Shown in pieces: positions 57,956 through 64,000 of a stretch of 64,000 nucleotides of DNA. The notes below the pieces were generated by a model. It had not been told where the DNA came from, ran no database searches, and saw only the letters and a list, made by a program, of their open reading frames with translations. The translations under genes were made by a program, and so were the position numbers. The number at the start of each line of letters is the position of its first letter. The stretch's first letter is position 1. This DNA is from an uncultured virus (IMG/VR IMGVR_UViG_3300031746_002572). Its lineage: Duplodnaviria; Heunggongvirae; Uroviricota; Caudoviricetes. The DNA is taken from IMG/VR virus record IMGVR_UViG_3300031746_002572. The stretch is one strand, 5' to 3'.

Positions 57956-57987
57956 TATAAATACAATTATTCAAAACCTTATTGCAA
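57956..57987 (-). promoter_or_regulatory. Promoter-like motif, copy 5, upstream of RHH gene and array C
   Basis: TTGCAATAAG-N11-TTGTATTTATA, 5 bp before ATG. Confidence 0.75.
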
Positions 57988-57993
57988 AAAAGA

Positions 57994-59022
57994 TTATAAA
58001 AAATTTAATATAAATTCGGATCGTTTAATATAATTTTCATTAGAAATAAAATCATTTAAAGTATCTTTATCAATACTATCATAAGTTTCTATATATTTTT
58101 CTAAATTTCTTTTAATATTATCTTTAGGCAATAATATAGGAAATTGGCAATTAGAAAAATAAATATTCATATAATCCATGATTGTTGTTCTTTCAATATT
58201 ACATAACGGTATTGCTCCGCAGCCTAAAGCGTTAAAAAATCTGGGATTCGGGCTAACTGCCGAATTAACTATTTGTCTGCATTTAATACCACTCATAATA
58301 ACATTAACTTTGATACCTGTTTCATTTACTAATCTTATTGGATTTATAACAAATTTAGACATCGAATATGATTCTAATTCTTTATGATGAGGAATTAATT
58401 TAGGTTCTTGATTAAACATACTTATGTCATAGGATAGCGAACCTTGATCTTGCATTTCAAATAGCGGCATTATACTACCCGCTATATATTTTTTACACTG
58501 AATTTCATTTATTTGTTTTAAATAGTCCATACGATTTTTATAAAAAGTACAGATATAACATAAATCTATATTTCTTTCTTCATTTTTTTTGTATAGATAC
58601 AAATGGTCAAAAGCCAATGGTAAATAAATAAAACCAAGTTTTGAAAACGATTCAGCTACGATTTTTTCATTTGTAAATTTTTTATCAAATAAATGTTGGA
58701 TACTTAAAATAGTTTCAGTGGAATAAGGATCATCTGTATTAATACTAAAAAATCTTATACCTTGTTGTTTTTTTATAAGCATTAAATATGTAGCCGTAAT
58801 AGTAGTAAGATAACTGGGTTGAATAAAAATTATGATTTTATAATTACCTGTACTGATTTTATAATATAAATTATGATTTAATATTTCAATAGAAGATGAG
58901 GAATCATAATAGTATTCAAAATCAATGCCCAAAACTTCAAATGCTTTTTTATAAGCTTCTGCTATTAAAGTAATGCCTATATGAATTGAATTAGATACGA
59001 GAAGAATTTTATTATTTTCCAT
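57994..59022 (-). CDS. CgeB-like glycosyltransferase (distant paralog of 2062-3243)
   Basis: TDDPYS, FTNEK, YLPLA, SPNPRFFNALGCG, ENYIKRS. Confidence 0.7.
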   Translation of the reverse strand: MENNKILLVSNSIHIGITLIAEAYKKAFEVLGIDFEYYYDSSSSIEILNHNLYYKISTGNYKIIIFIQPSYLTTITATYLMLIKKQQGIRFFSINTDDPYSTETILSIQHLFDKKFTNEKIVAESFSKLGFIYLPLAFDHLYLYKKNEERNIDLCYICTFYKNRMDYLKQINEIQCKKYIAGSIMPLFEMQDQGSLSYDISMFNQEPKLIPHHKELESYSMSKFVINPIRLVNETGIKVNVIMSGIKCRQIVNSAVSPNPRFFNALGCGAIPLCNIERTTIMDYMNIYFSNCQFPILLPKDNIKRNLEKYIETYDSIDKDTLNDFISNENYIKRSEFILNFL

Positions 59023-59238
59023 GAAGTTTTCTTTATTTAAGTGATTCTTTAGTTAATCTTTTGATTTCTTTATCAATTAATCTTTCGATTTCTTCATCTC
59101 TTGGCCTTGGACTAAAAAGATAAATTTTTGTAGCAATAATACCAATTATTAAAATAATAATTACTGCAATGGTATAAGATGTCATATATTATTCCTTTAT
59201 GATAGAGTTTTATAACACCAGACAACGGCGGTGTAAAT

Positions 59239-59442
59239 TTACTCCGCTATACTTTTTATTTTCTTGTTATTCCATTGTTCAGTAGTCATAATTATATGAT
59301 GACCACACGCTCCTTTAACTATTCTCTTATTACAATTAAAGTCAGCACAAATTATACAACTATAACAGGAATTCAATTCACATAAATCCCTAATATTAAG
59401 TCCAGGATATTTTATTAAAATATTAATTATTTCTTTATTCAT
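59239..59442 (-). CDS. Cys-rich hypothetical protein
   Basis: Co-oriented small ORF. Confidence 0.5.
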   Translation of the reverse strand: MNKEIINILIKYPGLNIRDLCELNSCYSCIICADFNCNKRIVKGACGHHIIMTTEQWNNKKIKSIAE

Positions 59443-59450
59443 ATAGGGTA

Positions 59451-59669
59451 TTAGTGTTTATTAAAGCGCGGCTTTTTTGATTCCTTTTTTTCCCATGAAC
59501 TAAAAATTGATTGCTTTCTTTTATCTTCATAATCAAACAGGCATTCTTGGCATTTTAAATCAGAACAACAATTTTGCATTATCTTGGTATTTTCGCAACA
59601 TGACATCATGCGGCCAAGAATTCCAATACCTTTAAAATTTGGTACGAAAAGTCCTTTGTATTTTTTCAT
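59451..59669 (-). CDS. Cys-rich hypothetical protein
   Basis: SD AGGA. Confidence 0.55.
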   Translation of the reverse strand: MKKYKGLFVPNFKGIGILGRMMSCCENTKIMQNCCSDLKCQECLFDYEDKRKQSIFSSWEKKESKKPRFNKH

Positions 59670-59776
59670 TTTTTTATTTTCCTATTTCACAGGGTGAACA
59701 GGTAATCGGCAGAGTAAATTTTATTCATTAATAATTATTCTGCCTATTCACGATTTTTAGTTATTTCTTTCCATCT

Positions 59777-60406
59777 TTAGATTTTTTCGTAATATATGCC
59801 TATCGAAATTGCAAATTGATATGCCCCGTCTAGAATTAAAACACATCTTTTTTTTGAACTCTTTGCAATAGCTTGAGCACAGAATTCTTTTAAGTCATTT
59901 ATATCGTCGCCATTTATACAATGACCATCGGTATTGTCGAATTCAACGTTACCTACAAAATTTAATATCTTTTTATCATAAGTACCGGCTACTGGAATTA
60001 AATGAGGGGCTTTTCTAATCATATCGAAACTGATTTTATCTATTTCTTTTTTATGAATAAAATTTGAATCTTCGGATAAATAAATATCTAATGCACAATT
60101 AAGGCAAAATTGTTCCCCATTTACTATAGTATAATAATCTTCCCATGTATAATTTTCTATATGTAATTTTCCACAGTTATTACAATAGAAATAACCTTCA
60201 CATACAATACCGGATGAATTATGGTGTCCTTCACATAAAGCTATTTCACCTTTTGGATAATTAGAAAATACATCATAATATTCTTGCCATATCAAAGCTT
60301 TTTTATTGCAATAATCACAACTATTTTTTTCATGTATATTTTGTTTGTTTTTATAATTCTTTTCAGCCACTGTATTAAGTCTGCTAATGTCTGGTAGTGC
60401 CCACAT
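59777..60406 (-). CDS. Zn-binding hypothetical protein
   Basis: CDYC, CNNC, CLNC; SD AAGGAG. Confidence 0.7.
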   Translation of the reverse strand: MWALPDISRLNTVAEKNYKNKQNIHEKNSCDYCNKKALIWQEYYDVFSNYPKGEIALCEGHHNSSGIVCEGYFYCNNCGKLHIENYTWEDYYTIVNGEQFCLNCALDIYLSEDSNFIHKKEIDKISFDMIRKAPHLIPVAGTYDKKILNFVGNVEFDNTDGHCINGDDINDLKEFCAQAIAKSSKKRCVLILDGAYQFAISIGIYYEKI

Positions 60407-60438
60407 ATTTAAACTCCTTTATTTAATTGTTTTATACT

Positions 60439-60470
60439 AATAAATACAAATAAATTAATTCTTATTGCAA
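60439..60470 (-). promoter_or_regulatory. Promoter-like motif, copy 6
   Basis: TTGCAATAAG-N11-TTGTATTTATT. Confidence 0.7.
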
Positions 60471-60820
60471 ATATTAATTAAATATAATTCTAAATTATCT
60501 AATTGTTTCCATTGATCAGGATGATTCATAGATTGCCAGCATGACCAGCATATATTTCCTAATGATGTTTGCGTGAATATCGAAGCGGAATATTCATTAT
60601 AACAGATAGGACACGAAATGTTTTTAAATAAACTTATGATAAATAGTTCTTCTTCTATATTCCCAATATTTATACTGGCTTCGTGGATAGGTTTAAACAT
60701 ACCTTGATTTTTTTTATATAAAATTATTTTTGTGTTTGTCGGCGTTATTATAGGCAAATAATAAAAATTTTCAATGGTGTTGCCGTAAATAATTAATTCT
60801 TTAAATGATAATTTATTCAT
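60455..60820 (-). CDS. Hypothetical protein (CPIC, CWSC)
   Basis: Co-oriented ORF. Confidence 0.6.
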   Translation of the reverse strand: MNKLSFKELIIYGNTIENFYYLPIITPTNTKIILYKKNQGMFKPIHEASINIGNIEEELFIISLFKNISCPICYNEYSASIFTQTSLGNICWSCWQSMNHPDQWKQLDNLELYLINICNKN

Positions 60821-60825
60821 AGTTA

Positions 60826-61302
60826 TTAATGTTTAACTTGTGAACAAATGACTATTAAATCCAATAGAATTAAAAAAGATATAAGAAATAGCCAACCAAA
60901 CGAAATCTTTGGTTTTTTAATGTTTTTGTCTTCTATTTTTATTATAGCTTGTTCGCATATTGTTTTAATCAGTTCTTTCGCTTCCATACGTTCAGATATA
61001 TTAATAATAAAATCTAAATTACAGTTAATTAAACCATTGTAGTAAAAAAAATCATATTTACTTATGTTTAATGCTCTTGTGCTGATATAAATTTTTCCTT
61101 CGGCATTTATGATTTTATTGTTTTCGTCTAACTTTAAATAAGTTATTTTTACTTGATCTAATTTTATTCTTTCATCATTAAATTTATTATTTTTTATTAG
61201 AATAAAATTATTTGATTCATTATTGCAAATATAGAAATCATTATCTTGTTTTTCTAACTTTTTTAATGCTTGTTTGTATTCATTTATTTCTTTGATTTTC
61301 AT
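60826..61302 (-). CDS. Hypothetical protein with C-terminal TM
   Basis: Co-oriented ORF. Confidence 0.6.
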   Translation of the reverse strand: MKIKEINEYKQALKKLEKQDNDFYICNNESNNFILIKNNKFNDERIKLDQVKITYLKLDENNKIINAEGKIYISTRALNISKYDFFYYNGLINCNLDFIINISERMEAKELIKTICEQAIIKIEDKNIKKPKISFGWLFLISFLILLDLIVICSQVKH

Positions 61303-61506
61303 AATTAATTACTTTCAAATTTATTGTTAATGAAATAAAAATATATGTATATATTGTGTTATTTTTAAAATAAATTTATCAATTTTCACAAATAGAAATA
61401 TTAAAAGTAATACAGGTAAAGCTAAAGTTATTTGAATTGTTATTATTTTTATTTCTTCTATTATTTTTTTATCCATTTTTTCTTTCTTTGTATTTATTAT
61501 TCCTAT

Positions 61507-61842
61507 CTAAAATATAAGATGATACCGCTCGTCTTTTAATATACTATAAAAACGCCCTATGAACTGAAATCTATCTGCATGATCTTTAAGATATGTTTTA
61601 AGCTCAACCTCATCCTTGAAAAATACATGGGTGAAGTTACACCCTCTCTGAATTTTATCGTAGACTTCTTTTGGGATACCCAGTATACACTTCATAAAGG
61701 AGGATGTTCTGCCTGCGTCTTGGTTGTAACAGACATGACAGTTATGACAAGAGGGTGTGCTCACCACAACGTTCTCATTATCTTGAACCACGAGTTCCAT
61801 AACGCTTCCATGTTTACATCTTATTGTACCGCCAACACTCAT
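61507..61842 (-). CDS. Hypothetical protein
   Basis: SD GGGGG. Confidence 0.55.
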   Translation of the reverse strand: MSVGGTIRCKHGSVMELVVQDNENVVVSTPSCHNCHVCYNQDAGRTSSFMKCILGIPKEVYDKIQRGCNFTHVFFKDEVELKTYLKDHADRFQFIGRFYSILKDERYHLIF

Positions 61843-61874
61843 TTAAACCCCCAATACTTTTGTAATTTTACTTA

Positions 61875-62141
61875 TTATTTTTTTATCTTTTGCTTCCTTA
61901 TATCTTCTAAAATTTGTTTCCTTTCCTTCTCTACTTTATTCAGGTCAATCTTGAAATATTCAGCAAGAATCTGTTCTATGGCCTTATGTATCGGAAACAA
62001 TAACGCCTCACCCTCCTCATCATCGCTATATTCTGCAATTATATACTTGGTTTCATTCTGCAACCAATCAAGAAACGCTCCGATTTTTTGAGACTCCTCA
62101 GAAACCTTTTCTAGCTTTTCACATTCAGGATATTTATTCAT
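61875..62141 (-). CDS. Conserved phage-type hypothetical protein
   Basis: YPECEKL...SQKIGAFLDWL; SD AAGGA. Confidence 0.7.
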   Translation of the reverse strand: MNKYPECEKLEKVSEESQKIGAFLDWLQNETKYIIAEYSDDEEGEALLFPIHKAIEQILAEYFKIDLNKVEKERKQILEDIRKQKIKK

Positions 62142-62172
62142 TAATTATTCCTTTCAAAATTTATTAAAATGA

Positions 62173-62442
62173 TTAATTATTTTTACCATAATGAGATTTA
62201 TAAATATCAATTATCTTTTCTTTTAGATGTTGAATATTATCCATTTTCATTGATTCTATGTTTTCGCTTGAGTGATCGCAAGCTATTATATTCAGTTCTT
62301 TTATTTTATCTTTAGATAAAAATGGCATGATTTCATCTTCACCTATTTTTACGCTAATTACATCAGCCATTCCATCATCTTCTATATATCCAACCTTAAT
62401 TGGTAATTCAAGATTTATTTCAAATTCTTTATTTCTAAACAT
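62173..62442 (-). CDS. Hypothetical protein
   Basis: SD GGAGG. Confidence 0.65.
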   Translation of the reverse strand: MFRNKEFEINLELPIKVGYIEDDGMADVISVKIGEDEIMPFLSKDKIKELNIIACDHSSENIESMKMDNIQHLKEKIIDIYKSHYGKNN

Positions 62443-62481
62443 AAATTACCTCCATAAATTATTAGATTGTGTAAATATATT

Positions 62482-62751
62482 TTAACATTTCATCTCATTT
62501 TTTAACGCTTTTTGGCAATCCTTTGGTAAGTCTTTAAATTTAATACATTTACCAAGATGCTTTCCACGTTGCCCGCAAGTATGCTGATAAACTCCTTTAT
62601 TAGGGCTTAACGGGGATTCATTCATGGCGATCATAGTATATAATTTTACCCCATTGCCAACAATACGGTCAACTTCATTCAATACGACTGTATATCTATC
62701 AATAGCAAAATCTGGATTATCATGGATGCTTAAAATCTTACCTGTATTCAT
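62482..62751 (-). CDS. Conserved phage-type hypothetical protein
   Basis: DRYTVV...HLGKCIKFKDLP; SD AGGAG. Confidence 0.7.
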   Translation of the reverse strand: MNTGKILSIHDNPDFAIDRYTVVLNEVDRIVGNGVKLYTMIAMNESPLSPNKGVYQHTCGQRGKHLGKCIKFKDLPKDCQKALKNEMKC

Positions 62752-62926
62752 ACTTTCTCCTGTAAAAGTTTAATTAATTCTTCCAAAATAAACTGGGCCT
62801 TATACGGCATCTCGGATTCTGTTCTCATAGCTTTGTCATTAATAATCAAAATAACATACCTTGAAATTTCCTTAACTGCATTAATTAATTCAGGATACCT
62901 TTCTTCTTTTTTCACGATAATCCCCC

Positions 62927-63178
62927 TTACATAATATGCTTTTGAAAAAACGACTTTGGATTCGTCTCTTGCACTGACTCGATCTTAACTGCAATAGCCA
63001 TCGAACAACTAAAATAGTATGTATTACTATTTTTACTAACGCAATCTTGATACCATGTACGGGCTATTTTCTTAGCCCTTTTCTTGGCAGATATAATATC
63101 TTTCTCTTTCACTACTACCCGATGAGTGTATTCCTGTTCGCCATTACGTTCTTCTAACACAATTTCAAAGTATTTCAT
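62927..63178 (-). CDS. Hypothetical protein
   Basis: SD AAGGAG. Confidence 0.65.
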   Translation of the reverse strand: MKYFEIVLEERNGEQEYTHRVVVKEKDIISAKKRAKKIARTWYQDCVSKNSNTYYFSCSMAIAVKIESVQETNPKSFFQKHIM

Positions 63179-63305
63179 TTTATCTCCTTTATTTAAGTGT
63201 TTAATTTACCGCTTTCCAGCCACTAGGATTGAACTTACCAATTTTTTAATGGTATTACCTTATCTGGTATATAAATAATAAGGAATTTATTCATTTTATT
63301 TTCTC

Positions 63306-63608
63306 CTAAAACCTAAAGGTTTTCAATGATTTCCGATATATCAAATAAAATTGTTTTGTATGTCCATATTTAAAACCATGAACAAATAAATAATAATGAA
63401 CGATTTCGTGTATAAACTTCTTATATAATAACTTATTATTTTTGCTTAATTCTTTTGTCATAATTATTTTAGGTTTTCGATATGGATAAAATAATCCATA
63501 GGCATTTTTTAATATAGTCTTTGAAAAATAAATACATATATTTTTAAGCTTATTACCAAAACAATATTTATTTATTTGATCAAAGATTATTTTTAATTCT
63601 TTGTTCAT
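63306..63608 (-). CDS. SprT-like zinc metalloprotease
   Basis: IHEIVH...GHTKQF. Confidence 0.75.
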   Translation of the reverse strand: MNKELKIIFDQINKYCFGNKLKNICIYFSKTILKNAYGLFYPYRKPKIIMTKELSKNNKLLYKKFIHEIVHYYLFVHGFKYGHTKQFYLIYRKSLKTFRF

Positions 63609-63896
63609 TTAATTGCATCCAAGATAACATCTAATGGTTCATTATCTTTTTTAATTATTTTTGATATTACGTTATCGGATTCAAAAGAAAGACAATGGTT
63701 TAAAACGTATTCGAGATACTCTTTATCTGTTAAATTCCCGTTTACCCATTGTTTTGTCCTGTATTTTAAATCTCTTGTATCCATTTTTCTTCTCCTTATA
63801 ATAATATCTACTTAAAAATTTTATATTAACCAACAACGTTTATAAACAGGTAATTGTTTTAATGTCACTCTTTATTTATTATACGGTGTTTTCTTT

Positions 63897-64000
63897 TTAC
63901 AAGCTGCAAGTCGTACCGAAAGGCGCAATAGAATTATTATTGCATACCCAAAGTACCGAATATTCCGGTTGTTCGCTTGGAAATTTTCCTTGTAAATCAG
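63897..64000 (-). CDS. C-terminal end of a VWA-like (DUF2201-type) protein, truncated by the window edge
   Basis: Reads DLQGKFPSEQPEYSVLWV...APFG. Confidence 0.45.
   Translation of the reverse strand, partial: DLQGKFPSEQPEYSVLWVCNNNSIAPFGTTCSL

Noticed and set aside
59690..59752. Intergenic hairpin GGCAGAGTAA/TTATTCTGCC as ncRNA or attC
   Set aside because: Single copy, no AAC/GTT boundaries, no recognisable RNA family
1..64000. Integron integrase, reverse transcriptase (DGR/retron) or transposase
   Set aside because: No ORF shows the tyrosine-recombinase R-H-R-Y set, a YxDD RT core or transposase motifs by eye; an HMM search of the full contig is needed
1..64000. Stop-codon reassignment
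   Set aside because: Long conserved genes are intact and tile densely under the standard code, with TAA, TAG and TGA all used as stops

Overview
AT-rich, gene-dense segment of what appears to be a large dsDNA phage (or phage-like element). No rRNA, tRNA, CRISPR array, integrase or reverse transcriptase was recognised. The + strand carries a replication/recombination module (SF2 helicase, DnaC-like loader, DnaB, DnaG, DnaE, UDG, 5'-3' exonuclease, gp32-like SSB, RecA, SbcD/SbcC, RuvC-like resolvase), a ~15 kb glycan/nonulosonate cluster (NeuB, NeuA, Maf-like, Fcl, many glycosyltransferases) and a sigma factor. From ~55.6 kb genes switch to the - strand. The main finding is three integron-like cassette arrays. 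Array A (5662-14290, +) and array C (~56500-57797, -) both begin at the same 72-bp attI-like sequence. They consist of phage-type genes (DNA methylases, Lar-like proteins, small hypotheticals) separated by AAC...GTT attC-like hairpins. Each cassette is also bracketed by its own covarying inverted repeats, and one near-identical cassette shell carries five unrelated cargoes. Array B (24619-28066, -) is a canonical 7 x ~115-bp attC array lying between a phage promoter motif and the exonuclease gene; each of its six cassettes has an ORF on both strands. All product calls come from motif recognition by eye, not from database searches.
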